From a virus, in the IMG/VR virus record IMGVR_UViG_3300031688_001339: a DNA stretch of 64,000 nt; one strand, 5' to 3'. Below, in pieces: positions 56,922 through 64,000 of this stretch. Every line of letters starts with the position of its first letter. Position 1 is the first letter of the stretch. The notes under the pieces are model-generated. The model was not told where the DNA came from, made no database searches, and saw nothing but the letters and a program-made list of their open reading frames with translations. Made by a program: the position numbers and the translations under genes.

Positions 56922-57383
56922 ATGGCAGACAAAAAAGTAACACAACTTTCAGACCTAGGTAACGGTCTTGATAAAGTAGATTTATTTCACGTGATAGATG
57001 ATCCAGCTGGAACACCAATCAATAAAAAAATATCAGCTGAAAAAATCTTTAATAACGTTCCAACTTGGATCGCATTAAAACAAACAGCACAAACAGTTAC
57101 AGCAAGTGGGTCAGCACAAGCAGCCGATCTATTAACAGCAGTAACTTTGATTGACGCTACTTCAGCAATTGGAACAATTTCATTAGCATCAGCGACTACA
57201 GATGGACAAATTAAGACAGTTCTTAATTCTTCAACTGGTGGTACTAATGCAGTGACAATAACACCAGCTAACTTTAAACAAGGTACAACAGTTACATTAA
57301 ATGCTCCAGGTGAGTCAGTAACTATGATGTATAAATCATCTTTCTGGTATGTAATATCAGGAGAAGGTCACGTAGTAGCATAA
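56922..57383 (+). CDS. Probable virion structural protein
   Basis: MADKKVTQL start typical of phage fibre/decoration proteins; T/A/S-rich. Confidence 0.6.
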   Translation: MADKKVTQLSDLGNGLDKVDLFHVIDDPAGTPINKKISAEKIFNNVPTWIALKQTAQTVTASGSAQAADLLTAVTLIDATSAIGTISLASATTDGQIKTVLNSSTGGTNAVTITPANFKQGTTVTLNAPGESVTMMYKSSFWYVISGEGHVVA

Positions 57384-57398
57384 CATATAGGATAAATT

Positions 57399-57593
57399 AT
57401 GATAATTGATGAAAAACTATTAACAACGGAAAGAGAATCTTTAGTTCAAGAATTTGAAACTCTTTCTACTAAAATAAAAAGTGTAGACATGAATTTAGCA
57501 CAGATGAAAGGCAATTTAAATGCTTTAAACGGTGCTATTCAACAAATGGATAAACTTATAAAATTAGGAAATCAAACAGATGAAAAAATTTAA
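57399..57593 (+). CDS. Small coiled-coil protein
   Basis: Heptad pattern, LNALNGAIQ. Confidence 0.6.
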   Translation: MIIDEKLLTTERESLVQEFETLSTKIKSVDMNLAQMKGNLNALNGAIQQMDKLIKLGNQTDEKI

Positions 57594-57723
57594 ATCTTTC
57601 GTAGAAGAAAAAGATTTGAAGGAATTTGAGGAGGATGTTTTAGCAGGTGGTAATAAGTCTGCTGAAACACCCGATCCAGATAAACAAATTAAAAAGGAAA
57701 ACAAAGAAGATGAAAACGTTTAA
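57580..57723 (+). CDS. 47-aa acidic peptide MKKFKSFVEEKDLKEFEED..., not in track
   Basis: SD AGGA; capsid-targeting-like N-terminus; overlaps neighbours. Confidence 0.55.
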   Translation: MKKFKSFVEEKDLKEFEEDVLAGGNKSAETPDPDKQIKKENKEDENV

Positions 57724-58135
57724 AAAATACATACACGAGGGTGTTGATGGTGTTGGTGTTGAAACGGCTAACAGTCCTGCTGATAGCAATATCGGTGTTC
57801 ACAACATTGAAAACCCAGATGTACTTAAAAGAGTTAATGCTTTTGTAGGTGCTATCGCTGAGAGAGAATACATTAATCCATCTTTTGCAATTGACGAGTT
57901 AAGAGAAAAACTTAAAACAACAGGTTTAACTCTTGGTCCAGTTGACATGAGTGGAGATAACGGCACAGTTACAACAGAGGTGTCACAATTTGGTGGAAGA
58001 TTTGGTAAGGACATAGATGGTTCTGATATTAATGATGATGGTATATCTCACAGAAAAGAGGGTGGCCTTAAACTAGAGGTTAAATACGAAACATTAAAAA
58101 CAGGAACTTGTAAAGTCTACGCTAAATTGGTGTAG
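57710..58135 (+). CDS. Hypothetical protein (start MKTFKKYIHE)
   Basis: SD AAGGA before 57710; QFGGRFGK. Confidence 0.65.
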   Translation: MKTFKKYIHEGVDGVGVETANSPADSNIGVHNIENPDVLKRVNAFVGAIAEREYINPSFAIDELREKLKTTGLTLGPVDMSGDNGTVTTEVSQFGGRFGKDIDGSDINDDGISHRKEGGLKLEVKYETLKTGTCKVYAKLV

Positions 58136-58137
58136 AT

Positions 58138-58500
58138 ATGTTTAGAGAAATAACCAAAGATAACTGGTTGCTTTTTGCACAGCATTATTATGATAATCCT
58201 ACTCTAGAAGATGAGAAGGAATTTTATGAAGATATTAAAAGAATAAGGTATCTCAAAAGGTTATTTCGTAAGTATAGTGTTACAGGAAACTTAAAGGTAA
58301 GACTTGTAGTTAATCACTTGATAGTTTTACAAAATGTTTTTGGAGCTGAGGTTGCAATTGCCCTACTATTGTTTAAGATAGACATGAAGTATTGGGGTAT
58401 ATTAAAAACCTTTTTAGAATATTTGGAGTACATATATCCACATGAACTAAACGACCAAGAACTAGATATTAACATTAAAAAAATGTTAGAGGAACTATAA
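58138..58500 (+). CDS. Conserved T4-like marine phage hypothetical protein
   Basis: YYDNP, EFYEDIKRIRYLKRLF, NHLIVLQNVFG. Confidence 0.7.
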   Translation: MFREITKDNWLLFAQHYYDNPTLEDEKEFYEDIKRIRYLKRLFRKYSVTGNLKVRLVVNHLIVLQNVFGAEVAIALLLFKIDMKYWGILKTFLEYLEYIYPHELNDQELDINIKKMLEEL

Positions 58501-58976
58501 TGAACAGAGGCGTAGATTTATTAATAACATATAGAATAGTAAAGATGTTAGTTACACCATTTAAAAAGCAAGCTGCTTTTAAATATGGTATAATAGATGA
58601 CAAAGGTAATGTATTAAGAAAATACAGAACCATACAAACTACAGCAGAGAAAAGATCATACTCTATGCTTCATAGATTCGTATTCAATCTTAAAAGAATA
58701 TTAAGTAAAGTAGGTATTAAAGGATCTCTAGGTTCCTTTGCAGTTGCAGCCGCTTTATTATTTAAAGAAAATAAAGAAGTAGAAAAACACCAACTGGTAA
58801 TAGAATCGGCAGTGATCACCTATCTCAAAATGATCGATAAATACGAAACCATGATAGCTGAAAGTATAAATATACCGACTATAGACGATACGCCAGTTAC
58901 AAATTGTTTCGGCATAGATGTGTTTGAACAAAACGGAGAACTAATATCGGAGTTAGAATATGACAAAACATTATAA
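58500..58976 (+). CDS. Conserved hypothetical protein
   Basis: LVTPF..AFKYGIIDDKG, HRFVFNLKR. Confidence 0.7.
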   Translation: MNRGVDLLITYRIVKMLVTPFKKQAAFKYGIIDDKGNVLRKYRTIQTTAEKRSYSMLHRFVFNLKRILSKVGIKGSLGSFAVAAALLFKENKEVEKHQLVIESAVITYLKMIDKYETMIAESINIPTIDDTPVTNCFGIDVFEQNGELISELEYDKTL

Positions 58977-59322
58977 AAACATGATGGACGAAATCATCAA
59001 CAAGATGGACGAGGATGCTCCAGTGAATGCCACTGGTACTGCTGTTGCAGGAACAGGTGACGACAATAGCGTTCATACAAAGAAATCAGAGTTAACTAAA
59101 GGTATGTTAAAAAGAGACCCTTTATCTTTAGCTAAACCTGTAAAAACATTTAAAGAAAAGATTAGAGAAAGTGATGACAATAACAATATAGTTTTAAAAG
59201 GTGTGTTAGATAAAATTGATAGTATAGAAGTTAAGATTGATGAGTTAACAGAACCTAAAGGCGAATTAAAGGTAGAAGAAGTTAAAGAATATAAAACTTT
59301 CAAAAACAAATACAATGTTTAA
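58960..59322 (+). CDS. Hypothetical protein
   Basis: EDAPVNATG motif; overlaps neighbours. Confidence 0.6.
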   Translation: MTKHYKNMMDEIINKMDEDAPVNATGTAVAGTGDDNSVHTKKSELTKGMLKRDPLSLAKPVKTFKEKIRESDDNNNIVLKGVLDKIDSIEVKIDELTEPKGELKVEEVKEYKTFKNKYNV

Positions 59323-59566
59323 ATTTAAATCATTTAAAGAGTACGTTGATGGTAGTCATAGCAAAACAATGCTTGCACATAAAGACCATAAAAAGAAAGA
59401 AGTTAAAGAAGTAATAGGTGCCGTTGGTGTAGTAGGACCATCAGGTCCTGGTTTAGGTCAATACAAACCAATGGCAAGTATGTCGTTACAAGCATCAGCC
59501 AAATTAAAAAATTCACCTTTACATAAGTATCTTGTATCAAAAGGAATTTTAAATGACAAAAAATAG
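59315..59566 (+). CDS. Hypothetical protein (start MFKFKSFKEY)
   Basis: ORF track. Confidence 0.55.
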   Translation: MFKFKSFKEYVDGSHSKTMLAHKDHKKKEVKEVIGAVGVVGPSGPGLGQYKPMASMSLQASAKLKNSPLHKYLVSKGILNDKK

Positions 59567-60017
59567 ACTAGACATATCAGATCAAACAGCTATATCAATG
59601 CCGATGAAGAATTTAATTTCTATCGTGGCCGCCGTGGCCGTCGGAGTTTGGGCATACTTTGGTGTATTAGAACGTATTACAATGTTAGAAACTAAAAGTA
59701 CACTTGCAGAAAAAGACTTAACACAAGTAACTTCTACATTAGGATCCGACATAGAAAAAAATAACGAATTTAGAATTAAATGGCCGAGAGGTGAATTAGG
59801 TTCCCCACCTGCCGATTCTGAACAGTATATGCTTATTGAACACATTGCAGGACAACTTGAAGATTTACAAGAAGGTCTACAAAAGATGATGAACAATGGC
59901 GTAAACATAAAAAGATTACAAGAAGACGTTAAAATGTTAAGAGATGACGTTGAAAAATTAAAAGATAGTAATAGAAATATAATCTATTCAAACGGAAACG
60001 GAACAACAAAAGAGTAA
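59553..60017 (+). CDS. TM plus coiled-coil protein
   Basis: LISIVAAVAVGVWAYFGV TM, then coiled coil. Confidence 0.65.
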   Translation: MTKNRLDISDQTAISMPMKNLISIVAAVAVGVWAYFGVLERITMLETKSTLAEKDLTQVTSTLGSDIEKNNEFRIKWPRGELGSPPADSEQYMLIEHIAGQLEDLQEGLQKMMNNGVNIKRLQEDVKMLRDDVEKLKDSNRNIIYSNGNGTTKE

Positions 60018-60019
60018 AT

Positions 60020-60325
60020 ATGAATAAAATAATAACTTTAATATTATTATTCTTTATAACAGCTGTATATGCAAACACAAAACTTTACACAGGTGGTGAA
60101 AAGTACGAAGAAGATAAAGTGATTGCATTAACATTAACAGCCGGCGGTCAGCGAATTGAATACGTATACAAAGAAACTTTAGGCCAATGCTTAAAGTCTA
60201 AAAGAATAGCAGACAGAGAAGTAAATGGCGAAAGAGTAATCTTTGCTTGTGAAATAGTCAAAGGACTATTACAAGAAGACAAACAATCCAAATATGGTAT
60301 AAGATTATTAAAAATAATAGAATAA
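60020..60325 (+). CDS. Secreted/periplasmic hypothetical protein
   Basis: Signal-peptide-like N-terminus; Cys pair. Confidence 0.6.
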   Translation: MNKIITLILLFFITAVYANTKLYTGGEKYEEDKVIALTLTAGGQRIEYVYKETLGQCLKSKRIADREVNGERVIFACEIVKGLLQEDKQSKYGIRLLKIIE

Positions 60326-60338
60326 CAAAGGAAATAAT

Positions 60339-60938
60339 ATGGAAGATGTAAATTTAATATGGGAACTAATGATGAAATTCTGGCAGTTTACTGTATTAGG
60401 ACTATTGATAATAATTGGTGGTCTAATAAACATATCGGATAGAATTAATCTTAAAGGTAAAGTAAGAAACTTTAAGTATGACGAGTATCCACATATGCAA
60501 CCAATCAAAATTAACACAGCAGGTAAGGGTTTTTGGGGAGCAATATGGTTATGGATGACCTCTGTAAGAAAATGGAAAGTTGCGAAAGATTTTAAGTTTG
60601 AATTAAGAGGTGACTCATACATCATACCTGAAGGCTTTGTATTTGATGGTGCAAGTGTACCAAAATTTCTTGCTTCATTTCTATCTCCAGTAGGTGTACT
60701 ACTTATTGGTGGATTAGTACATGATTATGCTTATAAGTTTTCTGCTTTAAGAACCTTCAACTCTACCAAAGGTGCAATGTTACTTTTAGATAAAGCTGAA
60801 TGCGATAGAATTTTTAGAGATATTAACATAGAAGTTAACGGATTTCATCTACTAAACTATTTAACCTACTGGACTTTAAGAGGTTTTGGTTTCGTGGCTT
60901 GGAACAAACACCGAAAGGTGAATGCCAAAATAAAATAG
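60339..60938 (+). CDS. DUF1353-like protein
   Basis: IPEGFVFDGASVP, LVHDYAY, CDRIFR. Confidence 0.75.
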   Translation: MEDVNLIWELMMKFWQFTVLGLLIIIGGLINISDRINLKGKVRNFKYDEYPHMQPIKINTAGKGFWGAIWLWMTSVRKWKVAKDFKFELRGDSYIIPEGFVFDGASVPKFLASFLSPVGVLLIGGLVHDYAYKFSALRTFNSTKGAMLLLDKAECDRIFRDINIEVNGFHLLNYLTYWTLRGFGFVAWNKHRKVNAKIK

Positions 60939-60948
60939 GAGAACACAT

Positions 60949-61110
60949 ATGATTAATCACATAAAAGAAAGATGTAAAGAACTATCATCACTACATGGTG
61001 GTGTTTTAATTGCATTAGGACTAGTAGTCTTATTTGCAAGTCCAATTGCTAAACTAGCGGCTTGGGCTGCTATTGCTTACGGAGCATGGGCTATCTGGAA
61101 AAAGGACTGA
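60949..61110 (+). CDS. 53-aa two-TM protein (holin-like candidate), not in track
   Basis: SD AGGAG; MINHIKERCKELSSLHGGVLIALGLVVLF...AWAIWKKD. Confidence 0.55.
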   Translation: MINHIKERCKELSSLHGGVLIALGLVVLFASPIAKLAAWAAIAYGAWAIWKKD

Positions 61111-61119
61111 ATATAATCC

Positions 61120-61587
61120 ATGATAGGATTTAGATTATTTTTTATAGGCATAATCGCCAGTGCTATATTAGGTGCTGGTGTTTATGTTATGAAGTTACAA
61201 AAAGATAACGCTATCTTAAAAGGTAATGCTATCAAAATGGAATCAGCAATCGCTGATCAACAGAGTTTAATCGTAAGTCAAAAGAAAGACTTTAATGATA
61301 TACTAGACGCTAACAAGAAGATGAATGAGTTAGTTACTAATTTAAAAAGAGATTTAGATGAACTAGATAAAAGGTTCGGTAAAAAGAATAGAGACATTGG
61401 CAAACTGGCAATAGAAAGAACAGGTGCCATTGAAAGAGTTATTAATAAAGGAAGTGACAATGCTACACGATGTATTGAGATCGCAAGTGGGTCACCTCTA
61501 ACAGAGGAAGAAAAGAATGCAACCAAGAAGACACAGATTAATCCTGAATGTCCTAGTCTTGCTAACCCTAATTACGTTCCTTACTAG
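61120..61587 (+). CDS. Inner-membrane spanin-like (Rz-like) protein
   Basis: N-terminal TM, long coiled coil, C-terminal Cys residues. Confidence 0.55.
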   Translation: MIGFRLFFIGIIASAILGAGVYVMKLQKDNAILKGNAIKMESAIADQQSLIVSQKKDFNDILDANKKMNELVTNLKRDLDELDKRFGKKNRDIGKLAIERTGAIERVINKGSDNATRCIEIASGSPLTEEEKNATKKTQINPECPSLANPNYVPY

Positions 61588-61894
61588 TTGTAGTAGCGTA
61601 AAGAAGTTAAGCATATTTAAAGAAGAGGTGCCAAGAGCACAGCTTAATTTAGATAAACCTACGGCATTACAGTTAGAAAAAATCAAATGGATTATTATTA
61701 CCTCTGAAAATGCTGATGAAGTCTTTAAAAAATTAGAAGAACAAGGTCTAGATAAAGTATTATTTGGTCTTACTGATAAAGATTATCAATTAATATCAAA
61801 AAACTTTGCACAAATAAGAAATCAACTAGCGATTACCAATGATTTATTGGATAAGTATAAAGAATATTATGAAAAAGAGGAAGAATTAAAGTAA
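61517..61894 (+). CDS. Outer-membrane lipoprotein, o-spanin-like (Rz1-like)
   Basis: Lipobox FLTSC; overlaps 3' end of the Rz-like gene in another frame. Confidence 0.55.
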   Translation: MQPRRHRLILNVLVLLTLITFLTSCSSVKKLSIFKEEVPRAQLNLDKPTALQLEKIKWIIITSENADEVFKKLEEQGLDKVLFGLTDKDYQLISKNFAQIRNQLAITNDLLDKYKEYYEKEEELK

Positions 61895-62058
61895 TGGATT
61901 TAGATTTTGCAGCTCAGTTAATGAGATTATGGCCACTTTTCTTAGGTTTCATAACCCTAGTGATAGTACTTGCTAAAATGCATGCTACAATACAGGTATT
62001 GGAAGAGAAAGTAAAGGTTGCCTTTCAATTAATCAACAAATTATCAGACAGAAAATAA
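61894..62058 (+). CDS. 54-aa single-TM protein, not in track
   Basis: TAATG coupling; MDLDFAAQLMRLWPLFLGFITLVIVL... Confidence 0.55.
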   Translation: MDLDFAAQLMRLWPLFLGFITLVIVLAKMHATIQVLEEKVKVAFQLINKLSDRK

Positions 62059-62168
62059 ATAATTTTCATGGGAAACATCAACCTAATATTACTTACATTG
62101 GTATTAGTTTTGTTCTGCTGGGAACTTTACAAAATTTGCAATAAGTTATAGAATAACGAATCATTTAT

Positions 62169-62176
62169 TATAAATA
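62169..62176 (+). promoter_or_regulatory. Late promoter TATAAATA for curli-like operon
   Basis: Exact consensus. Confidence 0.75.
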
Positions 62177-62200
62177 TTCTTATCAATAAAGGGAAAACTT

Positions 62201-62656
62201 ATGAACAAATCAATAGTAATAGTGGCAATTTTAACACTCTGTACACAGGTAGCTGCGTCAGAATTGACATTTAAATTCAACAGTCCATCGTTTAACGGAA
62301 ATGGACAATCATCACACTACTTAACTATTGAAAATATTGAAAAGACTAGACGAGACGCCCTTATAGCAAAGAAAAAAGCAGACGCTAAAGCACTTAAAGA
62401 TGAAATTAATGGCACAGCAGTTGCTAAATTCAAAGCAAATTTAGAGGCAAGATTTTATACTGCTCTTGCAAAACAAATTACAGACAACGTATTTGGTGCT
62501 GATGGTCTTCAACAAGACTCAGGTACATTTACAGGTACAAATGGCGAAACAGTTGCTTGGGTAACTCCTGCAAATACAGGTAACGTTGTTGTAACCGTAA
62601 CAGAAGCAGACGGAACTGTAACAACATTTACAATGCCTAAAGAGGACAACAGTTAA
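62201..62656 (+). CDS. csgF: Curli assembly component CsgF-like
   Basis: Signal peptide then ASELTFKFNSPSFNG (CsgF F.NP.FGG-type motif); precedes csgG. Confidence 0.8.
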   Translation: MNKSIVIVAILTLCTQVAASELTFKFNSPSFNGNGQSSHYLTIENIEKTRRDALIAKKKADAKALKDEINGTAVAKFKANLEARFYTALAKQITDNVFGADGLQQDSGTFTGTNGETVAWVTPANTGNVVVTVTEADGTVTTFTMPKEDNS

Positions 62657-62657
62657 T

Positions 62658-63659
62658 ATGAATATTACATTAAGAAATATAGCAATAATTTTATTGTTAT
62701 CTATTTTTGTATCAGGTTGTTCATCTACAATGGCAAAAAAAGGTTATTTAAAAACACAATCAATTGCCTTTAAAGAGTTAGAAACAATCACACAACCAGA
62801 AGGTTCTCCTATTATCATAGCAGTTTACGACTTCAATGATATGTCAGGTCAAAAGAAACCAGGTGGTAACTATGCTTCAATGTCAAGTGCCGTAACTCAA
62901 GGATCATATCAAATACTAATCAAAGCATTGCAAGACGCAGGTCATGGTAAATGGTTTAGAGTGGTAGAAAGACATAGTTTAGCAAGTTTATTACAAGAAA
63001 GAAAACTAATTAGAACTACTAGACAAATATCAGATGGTGAACAAGCAGAGTCATTACCAGCTTTACTATTCGCTGGTGCATATGTAACCGGTGGTATTGT
63101 AGGATATGACAGTGATGTTATGTCAGGTGGTGCTGGCGCTAGAGTATTAGGTCTACAAGCACACAAAGAATACAGACAAGATATTCTTTCTATAATGTTA
63201 AGATTAATTAATGTACAAACAGGTGAAGTTATTATTTCTACAACTATTGAAAAAACAATTTACTCAACAAGTACCGGTGCAGATGTCTTTAAATATTTTG
63301 ACGCTGATACAATGTTAGTAGAGATAGAAGTAGGTTATTCTAAAAATGAACCAGTTACTTTTGCAGTAAGAAAAGCAATAGAAGCAGGTGTTGTATCTTT
63401 AATTAAACAAGGTGCAGAGTTAGATTTATGGAAATTTGGAAAGACAGCTGAAGAAATGTCTTTAGAAGCAGAACAAAAAATGACACAAGAATTAGATAAA
63501 AAATCTGAAGCGAAAGAATTAAAAGCACTAGAAAAAATAGTGGAAAAAGAAGAAGTTAAAAAACTAGATGATGAACTGACACAGGAGGAAAGTACAGATG
63601 AAGAAGACACTACTACTACTACAGTTGTTGCTGATCCTAGTTCTCAACACAGTAACTAA
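62658..63659 (+). CDS. csgG: Curli secretion channel CsgG-like lipoprotein
   Basis: Lipobox VSGC, AVYDFNDMSGQKK, SSAVTQG, WFRVVER, LLQERKLIR, GGIVGYD, NEPV. Confidence 0.92.
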   Translation: MNITLRNIAIILLLSIFVSGCSSTMAKKGYLKTQSIAFKELETITQPEGSPIIIAVYDFNDMSGQKKPGGNYASMSSAVTQGSYQILIKALQDAGHGKWFRVVERHSLASLLQERKLIRTTRQISDGEQAESLPALLFAGAYVTGGIVGYDSDVMSGGAGARVLGLQAHKEYRQDILSIMLRLINVQTGEVIISTTIEKTIYSTSTGADVFKYFDADTMLVEIEVGYSKNEPVTFAVRKAIEAGVVSLIKQGAELDLWKFGKTAEEMSLEAEQKMTQELDKKSEAKELKALEKIVEKEEVKKLDDELTQEESTDEEDTTTTTVVADPSSQHSN

Positions 63660-64000
63660 TATCACATACGCAGACAGTTCTGGTAATAATGCATACATTT
63701 TACTAGATGATAGTTCTGGTGCAGGTGCCGGAGAAACAGTTTACATAAAACAAGAAGGGTATGACAATTGGATTGGCAGTTGGACTAATAAACAATTTGA
63801 AATTACAGGCACAGGAAACACCGTCAATATCGTACAGATTGGATTTACCAACGACTTTGAAGATTACTCCTCATTTGATTGTACTAATTGTACTTTAGAT
63901 GTTAATGTTAAAGGTAGTAATAACGCTGTAGGAATAGACATGGACGACACCGGCGACTCAGGTTGGTGGATAGATATTGATATTAGAGGTGGTGATAACC
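63598..64000 (+). CDS. Curlin-repeat-like secreted protein (partial, runs off window)
   Basis: SD AGGAGG; signal peptide MKKTLLLLQLLL...; repeats VYIKQEGYDN, FEITGTGN, VNIVQIGFTN, VNVKGSNN, IDIRGGDN. Confidence 0.75.
   Translation, partial: MKKTLLLLQLLLILVLNTVTNITYADSSGNNAYILLDDSSGAGAGETVYIKQEGYDNWIGSWTNKQFEITGTGNTVNIVQIGFTNDFEDYSSFDCTNCTLDVNVKGSNNAVGIDMDDTGDSGWWIDIDIRGGDN

Noticed and set aside
833-63610. All minus-strand ORFs in the supplied track
   Set aside because: They are antisense shadows of well-supported + strand genes, with no SD, promoter or recognisable motifs.
1-64000. Stop-codon reassignment or prophage/integration features
   Set aside because: Standard code gives full-length core genes ending in TAA, TAG and TGA; no integrase, repressor or host flank is visible.

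Overview
A 64 kb, AT-rich (by eye) segment of a large T4-like (gp55-type) marine myophage. Every credible gene is on the + strand. Gene content most resembles SAR11-infecting pelagimyophages (bS21, curli csgF/csgG, peptide deformylase, CobS/T-like pair). An alphaproteobacterial host is also suggested by a permuted tmRNA and an alpha-type LexA box. Order: fibre-like gene; neck/packaging/tail/head block (gp13-gp23, gp3); UvsY/UvsW; gp55-gp47-gp46; an early accessory block (Def, DUF4338/Mom-like, VWA+AAA, bS21, Prx); gp45-gp44-gp62-RegA; RimK-like fusion; tmRNA; ferredoxin; gp43; GNAT/MT-A70/DUF4338 cluster; UvsX; gp41; a late block of proteins with T4 capsid-targeting-like N-termini (ligase-like, kinase, nucleotidyltransferases); spanin-like genes; and the start of a curli-like operon. 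RNA genes missed by the ORF track: tRNA-Gly(GCC), tRNA-Gly(TCC), tRNA-Thr(TGT) and a two-piece, circularly permuted tmRNA (tag ANSQGFALAA). Top leads: (1) the phage-encoded permuted tmRNA; (2) a possible Gly-tRNA-dependent DNA hypermodification system (two Mom-like DUF4338 paralogs plus two atypical tRNA-Gly); (3) a likely virion-packaged enzyme payload; (4) pseudoknotted RNAs on both sides of bS21. All protein calls come from motif recognition and synteny by eye. No database searches were run.
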